From Amphiscolops sp. MND2022 (taxonomy: Eukaryota), in assembly GCA_964187785.1 (NCBI GenBank), contig OZ076420.1, positions 23,622,001 through 23,686,000 of the forward strand: 64,000 nt of DNA, written 5' to 3'. This document shows positions 11,393 to 22,479 of this stretch, piece after piece. The notes under the pieces are model-generated. The model did not search any database. It worked only from the letters and a program-made list of their open reading frames with translations, and was not told the DNA's origin. A program made the position numbers and the translations under genes. Each line of letters begins with the position of its first letter. Position 1 is the first letter of the stretch.

Positions 11393-11571
11393 AAGACTAC
11401 AAAAGAAACTGCTTCCTTATCTTTTCTCCTTCCAGATCCACTATGACAGTGAACTGGCAATGTTTAAACTGAAGAATCATTAACCATACAGATAAATAAG
11501 AACATAAAACAAATTAATACCTCAGAGTAAATATAAAGTCACACAACGAGTATTTGGAGAGTAAAGAACGC

Positions 11572-14500
11572 TCAATTGATTTTCTTCGCCTTCCCTGACT
11601 TGGCCTTCGCTTTCTTCGAAGAATCGGCAGCAGAGACATCAGTACACCGCGGTACCTCGAGGCTAACACGGCTCAAAGGAGGATCAGGCGAGGGGGTACT
11701 ATCTACACTGCTCCGACGGCTAACACTAGGCGTTGTACTAGTTGACGTAATTGGGGGTCTCTCAATTCGAAGCACTGCTTTTCTATATCCAACCTCCATT
11801 TTTCCCAGCAACGCAGCACGCTTGGAACTACCTCCTTTCAAACAATTCCAAACAGAAAATTTCTTGTCTGTAAGAAGCTCCAAACCTCGCCCTAAAAGGC
11901 GGAAAACTCGAGGAATAGACTTCACATCTCGGTATAGACTCGAGACGTGGGGCACAGTCAAGTAAGAAACTTGCAAGCTTTGCAAGCAAGAACGGAACAT
12001 CGCAGCATCTGACTCCAAATCCGGAATAGGGAAGATGAAAGAAGGGGGTATCTCTACCAGTGGAGGCAAACACATGCAGGAGTATTTAAAGAGTTGAAAC
12101 AACTCTACTCGGCACTGCATCTCGTAATGGGACGCCAAGAAGTGTATCCAATCATCGTACTGTGGGTTCGGGTTAGTGCGGACTTTCACGACAAATGATC
12201 GATATTGGCTACTGATTTTGACCTTGTAACTGGCAGTAATCCATCCGGTGTTCGCGAAATGTGTCGATAACTTCCCAATTGCAGAAGTGTAGTGTTCTTC
12301 AGAACCTTCGAAGACAACACTAGGATCAAAAGCTGATAGGCCTCTGATAAGATCTGTTTTCACAATACTGTGAGACAACAATTGCCGACAAAAGGCCTTG
12401 ACAAACGAGATGGATTGGTCCACGAATTTACTGGGACGGGGAAGTTTACTCGCCATCACCAACTTGTGGAAATCCTCATTCAGGATAAACTCACTGGCGG
12501 TCTTGAATGGAAGCTCAGCCTCATCTAGATTTAAATGAAGGAAATTGTCCCACTCGGAAATGCTCCCTAGGATGTTGTCAGGGAGTAGGCTCTGCAATTG
12601 GCTGTAGATGAACACAGCGAACTGATTAAACAACCGGAATCCTCCCTCTACCTTTTGATGGACTTCCCAAAAAGCTGAGTTGTCTAAAACATACCAAAAA
12701 ATACATGAGTATAGCAATTATATAATGAAGAATGCTCAGCGAAAGCTGAAACCTAATCCACACGAATAATCAGAGATCAGAACGACATAGCCAAATAATT
12801 GAGAAATGAATTCACCCTACGGTATTATACGTATTATGCGTAAAAGATAAAGCATTTTTCTTCATACGATGAAATTTTATACGTCATTATGCAGAACAAG
12901 ACATAGTGACTATCCACAACTCTGCGGAACAAGGCATAGTGAATGTACGTCACCATGCGGAAAATGATGTGAAGACTGATCCTACGTCAATATGCGGAAT
13001 GAATGGTAGTGACTATGCGTCACTATGCGGATTAAGGTATGGTGACTATGCGTCATTATGCGGAAATTGGCGTGACAGTCGGTTATACGTGTTTATACTG
13101 AATGAAAAGTGGAAACCATGCAACACTATACAAAATAGGGTATGGTGAATATACGCTATCGGACGGATCTGTAGCTAGTGATTAGAAGATACTATGCGGA
13201 AAGCAATGGAACGTGATAGCAATTATGGAAAAGAAAATTTACCAGAACATTTTGGCAAAAGGAATGCATAAACGATATAAAATATACCAGCTTAGAGAAA
13301 AAATACAAGAGTCCTAAAATTCGTTAAAAGAGGCTGAACTGCGTTACTGAATGATGATACAACTAACTGTGGTCTAGCACGCATCTGATGACGAATAGCC
13401 TAGCCAAATAGGCGGTGTCCAGGCGGAAACATTCGTCTAGAGTGTTTGGCTGAAATGGAAAGGGAAGCGTGGGTTAGACGAAAAAGGAAAATTAGTACGA
13501 AACATTGAGACATTCAATAATAACCTCTCTCATGTGGAACCGGTAAGCTGGCAATCTGGAGACATAAGCCAGATGATCACGGACGTGATTCCAGTGGTTT
13601 GAGAGTTCCTCAATGATGATTGACGCCTCTGGTAGCGAGTATTCAAGCCGGAGCACACACTGGAAAGAAACAGCGATTGAGTTCGATGAAAAATTGATCT
13701 GAAATAAGCAGAAGCGTAAGGTACCTGGTGCAATGTGGGTAGACTTTGCAACCAATCGCGATCCACAGCAAGTCTGCGTTTCATCAGGAGGAAGTCCAGT
13801 ATTGTACGATAATCGTGTCGCTCAATTATCTGGGCAGTAGGCAGAGCAAGACTGGCATCGAATTCGGTTTCACCGAAAGTATTAACAACACACGGTTTTC
13901 TGGTGCCAGGTAAAGTTGCTGATAAACAATCATCCAGTTTCTCACCCATCCCGATGAGCGCTATGCAAGTTGGGGGAATGTCAAAAAGACTGAGGAACGA
14001 TGAAAGTAAATTCAAAACTTTGCGGGGTAACAATATTCCTCGTGGTGAACTGCCCAAGCATACCCTATGAAAAACATTCCCTGCCCAGAAAGATAAATTA
14101 ACGGAGGAATTGACAGAAGAATGTTGTAATGCCAGAGAGTAGACGCCAGACGACGAAGTGGCAGTGATACAGTAGTTCATCAGTTCCCTGAACATGTAGA
14201 CCAAGATACCCTGTTAACATACAAGGATGTGAGTTTGTCATCATAAACGAGGATTAAAATACATAAAAATGAAGAATGATACTACGAGATAGAACAGCTA
14301 TATGCCAGTTGGATCGAGAGAACCTATATGTGAATGGAGCGGAATTATACTTACAAACAATCTTTGTGGGCTCCAATTCTGGGAAGGAAACTGATCCGTG
14401 GGAGTTAAACGAGCTAGTTCATCATAGATCCCAGTGAGGCATTCCATACTCCCACCATGTCTGAGACCGTATTCTATGATTGAGATCTGGAACAAGACCT

Positions 14501-14759
14501 TCTCAGTAGGGCTGGAATCGAATTTCGGAGCAGGTACCACACTTTGTCCTACCAAAGGATGACGTCCGTCTAGCTGGGGGGCAATGGGGTGCGTTTCCTT
14601 AGCAACTCTCCTAGCATTCTGTAATTCTATTCCAAGAATCTCCTTCTCATCTTTATCGAACAGTGGCATCCCGGGAATCTCCATGCGGATTCGATGTTCT
14701 CTTATCAGATGTGTGTCCGACCGGTAGTGCGATACAATTTCTAAAGGTCCACGGCTCAT
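11572..14759 (-). CDS. Predicted spliced antisense gene of E1, hAT-transposase-like and apparently non-catalytic. Exons (5' end unresolved) 14759-14355, 14210-13725, 13659-13525, 13449-13368, 12683-11572; 739 aa from the ATG at 14759
   Basis: GT-AG introns (GTAAGT..TAACAG, GTACCT..TTTCCAG, GTTATT..TTTCAG, GTTAGT..TTTTAG) join the pieces in frame (phases 0,0,0,1), and the result aligns with the E2 antisense gene. A frameshift near 14775-14790 removes the CxxC of the zinc finger. Confidence 0.8.
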
Positions 14760-16308
14760 TAAAGAAAGCTCCTCTGTTGTGCGGGGAAATATCTTTTCGA
14801 GTCATCCGTTCTCCCGGGGGATTTGAACTGCTGCTGGCAGGATCCATTAGATCTCGGAATGGAACAATTCGTCAATAAACAGGGTAATGACGGTGTTAAT
14901 GGGAGATTTTCCAGGAAAATGTCTGTATTCTGGGAGGCAGGAATGTAAAGAAAGCTAAAGACTGTTACTAAAAGACGGATATGTAATTCAAACTCTTCAA
15001 AACTTGTAAACGTAAAAACAATTTATAATGAAAATAGCACAAATTGGAGGCGTGGCGATAACAAAGAAAGGCAAAAGAGCAAATGAAACGATTGTGCGCA
15101 AATTAACAAAAGGAATACTCGAATTTGATTGGATGATTAGACGTCAATCTCGTCTGCCAGCGAGATTGATTGACTCATTTCAAAACAAGCACAAGTGTGT
15201 GCGTCAATATGCGGATTTACAGTGGACAGCATGCATCGGTACACAGAATTATAATGAAGACTATGCGGCACTCTGCGTAACAACTGGTAATGAGTATACG
15301 TCAGTATACAGATTCACAGCAGGGACTATGCGGCAGTATGCGGAACGACTAGTAACGACTATGCGACAACATGCGGAACGAGCAATATGCGGCAGTATGC
15401 GGATATGTGGGTGACGCATACTCGGCATCCTACAATTCTCGCTACATGCAGTTAAAAAGATAAAGAAGCGCTAACAACACTCGAGTAAGAGTGAATAAAA
15501 CAACATTACACAGGAAACCTTTGATATAACTGATGCATATGGAACCTGTTTGTTGTTTCTAGTCTCAATATCTATCCTGAATATCTCGTTTTGAAACCCC
15601 ACCATGCATCAGTGTTAACACGTCATGTGCTAGTTCATATTAGAGTGTTTATGAAATAGAACCTATAGCACTTTTCAAGTGCGGGACGATGCTAATATGA
15701 TTAATAGTGTGGCTAGAGATACTTTCAAATTGATGTAACCTGGAACTTTGTTTTCCTGATAATTTGTATTTTCTTCATATTTTTTCCCAGTCATGTAAAA
15801 AGGATAATTATTGATTAGACTTAGGATGTTAATGATAGATTTCATTTCATTTCTTTTCTTTTGATGCTAGGTTAAAATTTTGTTTACATATAATTTAAAA
15901 CTTCATAACACCGCGAGTCTCGATGAAGCGTGGAAATCAGGTGACAATTGAAGATGAAGCACCTAAAATGGAATGTGTTTACACTTGTGAGTCGATGGAA
16001 CCCGCGAATACTGATCACAAGATGGACCTTATATGGGAACTGAAAGAAAAAACTATGACACCCGAAATTTCCGCGGGATTTTCCTCATAAACGAAAGAAA
16101 TTAAAAGACCCATCACCATATGGTCTTAATCTACCTGAAACTCAGTTGCCTAAAATAATAAAGCTCTCTTCTGATCAACAAGATAAATTTTAAACCACAA
16201 CTTTCGACATCTAAGAACAATGAACAATCTTCAATTCAACCTAGACGAAGATTCTCTGTACTCTCCCATATCACCGGAGGTGATAGACGCAATTCAGAAA
16301 ACGAATTT

Positions 16309-17268
16309 ATGGTCGAACCCGGTAATATTCCGCAAATTGAAGAACGATTCCGAGTAGATCAGACACCCTATAATGCCATGTCAACGTTCATGGGAGCGGC
16401 TACGGCTATGCTTTTCCCACCCAACAGTATTGCGATCTCTCAGAACGAAACAATTGATACAGCGGGAACTGGCATAGAACAAGAACTAATGGAACTGATC
16501 GAAGAAAATCGAGTACCTACTCCTACGTCAATTACGTCATTCGTCGACAGCGAGTACGAAGGGGAGAATGGATCTCCAGTTGGTTTGGAACCAGTTGCCT
16601 CCGAAACTACACTGCTGAATAGTTATGGCCGCCCATCCGCTGCCATTCTTCCAACACCACGCAGGAACGACCATCAAGTGGGACAAACGAGCAGAGAGAT
16701 ACCAACATACCCTCCAAACTACAGACCAGGGGTCTCTGCTTTCCACCCACAGCCAATTGTACAAAGTAACGTGGATCCCACTGTTCAAGAGGTAGTGCCA
16801 GCTGAAATCCACGTAATGCCAACGTACGATGAAAGTCCACTTGGTGTCGCTAGTGGAAACATGACCCCATTGATAATACAGTTGCCCCCTCGTGGAGGAC
16901 CAGGTAGACCCCAAGAATTAGTGTTCCCTATGATACCGGGGGTGCAATGGGGGTTCCCTTTCAGTGTGGTACATAGTCAGAATGTTCTGCTTATTCCAAT
17001 CAGTGTTCGTCAAAATTGCAGATTGTTCCCTACTGTTATGCCCAATGTGGCTGGGTACTGTGACCAGTGTGGAAAAACTTACGATGAAGTGGCCCTCGAG
17101 ACACTGGGAAACTACCTGGGCGCAACAGCATACAGTGAGGAGACAGTCAGAGACCGCGGAGTACGATCAAGAGCATTTATAGATGGGTTCGAAGCCGCCC
17201 TCTTCTTATTCAAAAGTGCGGGACTGTCGCAGCCCGATAGCTGCGCTAGAACCGGAGTGCACCGATGA
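16309..17268 (+). CDS. E1 ORF3, 319 aa, Pro/Ser-rich with a C-terminal CxxC; unknown function; runs into the 3' LTR
   Basis: Long open frame between the antisense gene and the LTR; no obvious signal peptide or transmembrane segment. Confidence 0.55.
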   Translation: MVEPGNIPQIEERFRVDQTPYNAMSTFMGAATAMLFPPNSIAISQNETIDTAGTGIEQELMELIEENRVPTPTSITSFVDSEYEGENGSPVGLEPVASETTLLNSYGRPSAAILPTPRRNDHQVGQTSREIPTYPPNYRPGVSAFHPQPIVQSNVDPTVQEVVPAEIHVMPTYDESPLGVASGNMTPLIIQLPPRGGPGRPQELVFPMIPGVQWGFPFSVVHSQNVLLIPISVRQNCRLFPTVMPNVAGYCDQCGKTYDEVALETLGNYLGATAYSEETVRDRGVRSRAFIDGFEAALFLFKSAGLSQPDSCARTGVHR

Positions 17269-18917
17269 GAGAATAAGAACGATAGCGAACTTCACCCCAC
17301 TATACAAAACTTCTCTACCCATGAAAACTTATGAAAACATTTGTGACAATGATGAATTGCTCATTTTGTTAATTGATGAAGTCATGTAAGTTTTTTAGAA
17401 ACATACTTGAGGAATGAATTTGATTTGTACACCATTGTGAACCCAGACCATGAATGAACACTAATTTCCCACCCCAGAATCCAAATCAGTGACTAATTTG
17501 TTACATAATTACACTACATCTTCTGAGTTTGATGAAATCGGATGATTTTTTACCATTCACTACGCGCAATTATACAGTGCAAGGATTACATTATAATCGC
17601 AATTATGCGATAACTGAGCATTAAGTTATGCGGAAACATGCGGTACATCGTATGATGAGTACTCAGCATTATGCGGATTAACACTATGCGGCATCCCGCG
17701 TCTCTACAAGTGAAGTGTATTCGTCATCTTACTACGCGGAATCCCGCGTTTTGATAAAAGAAGTATACTCATTACTATACATATTTTGCTGTTTCACTAT
17801 GCAGTATATGACAGTTGTTTGTCTCCTGCATACTCGTTTTTATACGTGTGTTTTCTTATGCGGTAATCAGCGGATTGGACGGTACCGCGTACTCGTCACA
17901 ACGCGATCGCAGTAAGAAAAGGAGTGTCATTATTGTAACTTTACAATTCATAAAATATATTTTACATAACGGCTTTTCGGTCCTGTATAGAATTTTCTAG
18001 GGTCCCTTAGGAACTTCGGGAGCGCGTTTCAACGAGTGCAATTGTGATATAAATAGAATGACGTTTGCTGATGTAATGCTATTTTGGTAAAAATTCCTTG
18101 GATGATTCCTCTAAAAAAGGATGTCATGGTCCCAATATTTTCCAAAATAGAGCTGTAATATTTGATAAAGTCATTCTCTTTAAAAACCCTCATCACAATC
18201 AGTTGCTAAACCTACCTTTCCAAGATCATTGTACAACTTTTCTCCAAATAATTGCTGTTTCTAAACATTTGTTTTGGATCTGAAACACTTTGGTTCAATT
18301 CAAATTCTTTCCTAAAAAGCCAAATACAATTTTCACTTGAGCGAAAATGGGAAATAAGAGAACCCGGAGATCAAAGAGGTTTGAGACACCGTCCCCTCAT
18401 AGAGAAGCAGAAGTAACTCAACCAGAAACCCTTAATTCAGGTAATGGGACTTTGATTAATTTTGATAACGTTGTTCAAGAAAGTTTAGGTGCGAATCCCT
18501 CAGGAAGCCAATTAACTGAACCTAGCACTAGTAACAACGAAATTCAAGCATGGAGCCAGATTATAGAGCAGAAAACCAATGACAGGATTGAAAAGATGAG
18601 AGAAGAAATGGAGAATAAACTAGACACAATTCTAAAAGAGATAAGATCAAGCAAGAGCATCTCAACAGTAACAAATCCAAGATCAGAAAACATAGAGAAC
18701 TTAGATCCACAACCATCGGGATCCAAGTCACATAGACCTACAGGAGTTCGCGCATCAGGAAATGATAGTTTTGATTCTGAAAACGAGGATAATCATTCCG
18801 TCAGAGCATCAGACATGCATGAACTGAAGGAACCTGCAAAACCATTTTGTCAGAATAGATTTGAACTAGATGAAACATTAGTTTCAAACGAAGACTCTGA
18901 TGAGGAGGATTATCACA
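17225..18917 (+). repeat. E1 3' LTR
   Basis: Direct repeat of 3712-5404, followed by the TSD CACGT. Confidence 0.96.
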
Positions 18918-19450
18918 CACGTGAAGAAACGCACAAGCAAGACACGAATCTCCGAAAAACAACAGTGACAACAGAAAATCGAGATGATAAACGCGAACCT
19001 AATTTCAAAGTACTGGGTGATATTCCATCACCTAATGATCCCGAATCCACACTGAAGATCCAAAAGTCAACCAAGAATTAAAAAAACCGTCGTTAACATG
19101 CTAAATGACTTCACGAACATTGGATCAACGCTGGCCACAAACTTTGATAACCAAGAACATAAAGATCTCAATTATCAACGCACTCAAAAAACAATGGCTT
19201 TTTCCTACTGGGATTGATAACGTAAGAAAACTCTTCAGCAAGTGAAATAGAAAAGGATTCGTAGTCATGATGGGGATATTAAGGGAAAACAAAACGCTGC
19301 TTACTCGTAATTGAAGCATACTTCGTCCTGAAAAAAGTTCGGGATGGAAAGAAATTTACAAAAGTAGCTCAATTTTTCAAAAGAATGTGACAAGCTTCAA
19401 TCCAATGAACAGTTTGTTATACAACCTATAGACTAAATAACAAATGCTGC
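18918..19450 (+). pseudogene. Continuation of the CR1/L2-like LINE ORF2 relic (start of the RT region)
   Basis: NMLNDF-TNIGSTLA and SHDG resemble the N.FFTNIG..LA and GHDGI motifs of LINE ORF2; heavily decayed. Confidence 0.5.
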
Positions 19451-21149
19451 GCAAAATTCGCATCTCTAGCTTTGTGTAATGCCTCACTTGGTTGGAGTTT
19501 ACCTATAACTGTGGATTCCTAGTATATGTAAAACACGGCTTTAATTTTTTCCCGTCGTTTGCTGGAATTTTAATATCACTAACTTTCCATGACATTGGTA
19601 TGTTTCAGTTGTATTGAGAAGAACGTGAAATTGAAAGAAAGGACAGGCCGATAATTGAGCGTGTTAGATTTTAATAACTGGGAAACTTTCTTGGACTTCG
19701 GTGTCTCTGTGCTCGACTGCAATTGGACTTGTGCTTCCGGGTTTGCAGCTGTCTAATTGACACCATTATCTGGACTTTTTGTGCTGGGCTTTTTTGACAA
19801 TTGATTGTTGACCAGGTAATCGCATTTTAACAAGATGAGTTGATAGGATTTGAACGTGATAGAATGTGAATGTCTACAAGGCCGCCCATCCAGTGTTAGT
19901 TCGCCAAAGTCCACTGAGAAATCAAAGATTTGTCATTTGGATTAAAGTTGGAGATTTGTAGTCAGTGAAACATAATCTGGTTCAAGTTGGCGTGCTTCTG
20001 ATGATTGACGAAAATAGCTTCAGCAGTTTTAATCGTTGTGATAGATGGCTTACTTGTAACAGCAATTGTTCTGGTTGATATTTCTAACCAAAAGTGAAGA
20101 CAGGATCCTTTTTTTGGGTCCATAGCTCTCTCAACGCGTTCACAGAATTATTATTAAGTGTTTCATTAGTTATTTTGTTTGGACGTTGAATTGACGGTAG
20201 ATATCTTCGACTCACTAGGGCTCTATGCCGTACTCATTGACTTGTTTTCAGACTCGCCAGAACCCTCGTCACACTGTTTTCTGGTTTTTCTAACATCTTT
20301 CTGCAAGATAAAGATTCCATTTTGTGCGCGTTTTACTTCTTCTTTCTTTTTAAGATTCTTGCACTCGTTTTTTGTGTGACGTTCGTTTGCAGGAGGAGAA
20401 TTACCTGACACCCATCAACATCGGGGCAACAGTCATTGCTAAAATGGCTATGCTCTGTGGAGCAGAGTTTAGAAGTGTATCCTTAGAATAGATTGAGGAA
20501 TTGTATGCTTAAAGACTGAATTAGAGAGCAATCTGGGACATTAGAGAAACTATCCAAAATGAATTCAGTTACCTGAAGATGATCATGGAATACTATAAAA
20601 AGTAAAACAACAAGTGAATTATAAACGGCAAATTTTTGGAAGCTGAGCGTTCTTAGGTTGAAGATTTAGGTTTGACGAAAATGTGTTGACAGATATAAAC
20701 TGTATCAGCAGTTGTTCGGTATCAGAAAAAGAATCATCGACAACTGTGATTTTGAAATGTCTGATTACAGGAGTTTTAGAGCACTTGAGAGAAATTGTGT
20801 ACAGGGCAGCTAAAGTAAGTTTTGGCGAGTTTCTAAAAACATCTTCGATTCCCTAGCATCCCCAGTACGTCGCACATACGTTGATCTGTAAATACCAAAT
20901 TGATCAACGTAAGTGTCGGAACGGCCACTGGATTCTGTTGATACGGTATTTAACCCGTTCCCTTCTCTAATGTTAGAGGATAACTTTGGTGTAACGGCAC
21001 CCTGTGATCAACAAAATTTTGACACCTATTCTGAAAAATTCGTTCAAAACTGACGTGGCATCCAAGCATGATTTTGGCCAAGTACCTGTCAGCAGAAAGT
21101 GTAAACAGACGAGAGAGAACGCGACGAGCACGTGAAAAAGACCAGAAAA

Positions 21150-21850
21150 ACAGCTCAAATTAGCAGAATCCATGGTGTTTGTCTGCTGAAATCATGGTTT
21201 TTGCAGGACTGAGCTGGAAAACAGCATGACAGCCTGAAGACTGTATCCATGCCTGGGGGTTGTGCCCGGCTCGAGCACTGGTGCCATGCCGCCCAAACAC
21301 TCACTAATTTCGCCGAACTGGACTTCGTTATCATGATTTGTGTACTTTTGTTGTGTGATTAATAAATTGCTCGAGGGCTATTTTCTAGTTTGTCGCATTT
21401 ACTCAGATACACCCTGGAGAAATTCAGTTGGTTTTGTCCTTCTTGTTTTTACACGCTATCTGCCCGGTGGTTGTGAGAAGGAAAAGCACAATGCGCGTGA
21501 TCCCTAGCAATTACAGACTGACATCAGGCCAGAGAGCGTCCCTAGAGACGGTTCCCCCTCTTCGGGACCGGCTATCCTCAGAAGGACAAAGTGAGCTGAT
21601 ATCATGGTGGTTTGTCCCGGACCATATCCCTGGTACCAGTTCCTCCACTCCAATGTCACGATACAATCGCACAGCGCTTGCCGTTACATGGAACAACGTT
21701 TTTTTCGCTCCTCGGGCTTTTGGCTTGTGGTCCCCGGCAAGCACTGCAGGACCTCGTGTAGGAAAAGGGTTGCATTCCGTGCTGTGAATACATCTTGAAA
21801 CAAGGACGAATCGTTGTTTGCCAGCCGTTGTAGGAATAGTGCCGTCTGGG
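21150..21850 (-). pseudogene. Decayed thrombospondin type-1-like repeat coding fragments
   Basis: SVWAAWHQCSS (WxxWxxCS), VPCNGKRC and EWRNW...GPGQT occur in different frames, with stops. Confidence 0.4.
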
Positions 21851-22479
21851 ATCCTATAGAAATTTTACCTTAAAACTACATATTTTTACAAAAAATGTGA
21901 CTCTTTTAGCATTAGCTCAAGAGCTAGGGTTTTTGGGTGGCATTTGCCATTTTTGAAGCACCTTTGAATGTTAAAACACCTTTTACGGCTAGTGCCAGTC
22001 AAAAGTATTTTTGCATCAGTTTTTTGATCTCAAAATGTTCAGTTTTTTCGCTGAAATTTCTTTTGCTGTGGCAGCACGCGAGGTCCGCTACTAGAAAGAC
22101 AGTAGACAGAATGCACATGACTCAATGAGAGAATTGCAATTCAGAATAAAAGATCTTTTTCTCGCCTTTGGACTTGGAACTTCTTTTGTCGACACCGCAC
22201 GAAGTATTAGAAAACAAAGAAGTTTCATTTTCATGATTAAATCTTCTCGACGCGTAGTTTAATTCAGATTGCGGCAGGTGGGGCAGGCGCTCTCAAAGGC
22301 CATACACCCACGGCGCACTATAAAATAAATTAACTATATAAACGTATGAACTAAAATTGCACCGATATAAGGCAACAGAAATTGGCATTCAGTTTGGTAT
22401 TTTTGTGGTTCGTGATCACCTGTTTATTGGCGTATTGACTTCACTGCATGACCGATTTGTGCCTGCTAAGGGACTAAAC

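Larger units (their letters stand above)
3712..18917 (+). mobile_element. Complete Ty3/Gypsy LTR retrotransposon E1 (15.2 kb): LTR-gag-pol-antisense spliced gene-ORF3-LTR
   Basis: Two 1693-bp direct repeats with TG...CA ends, 5-bp TSD CACGT (3707-3711 and 18918-18922), PBS, gag, and pol in PR-RT-RH-IN order. Confidence 0.97.

Noticed and set aside
15028-15414. 128-aa ORF (and the 80-aa ORF at 12906-13148)
   Set aside because: Their repetitive RQYA/DYASLCG content simply translates the TATGCG arrays; the second lies in a predicted intron.
16309-17268. env gene
   Set aside because: No obvious signal peptide, transmembrane segment or furin-type cleavage site.
19500-20440. Possible gag/protease relic on the minus strand
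   Set aside because: Only a weak LILLKCDYL resemblance to ILG.DFL, with no D(T/S)G motif found; too weak to report as a feature.
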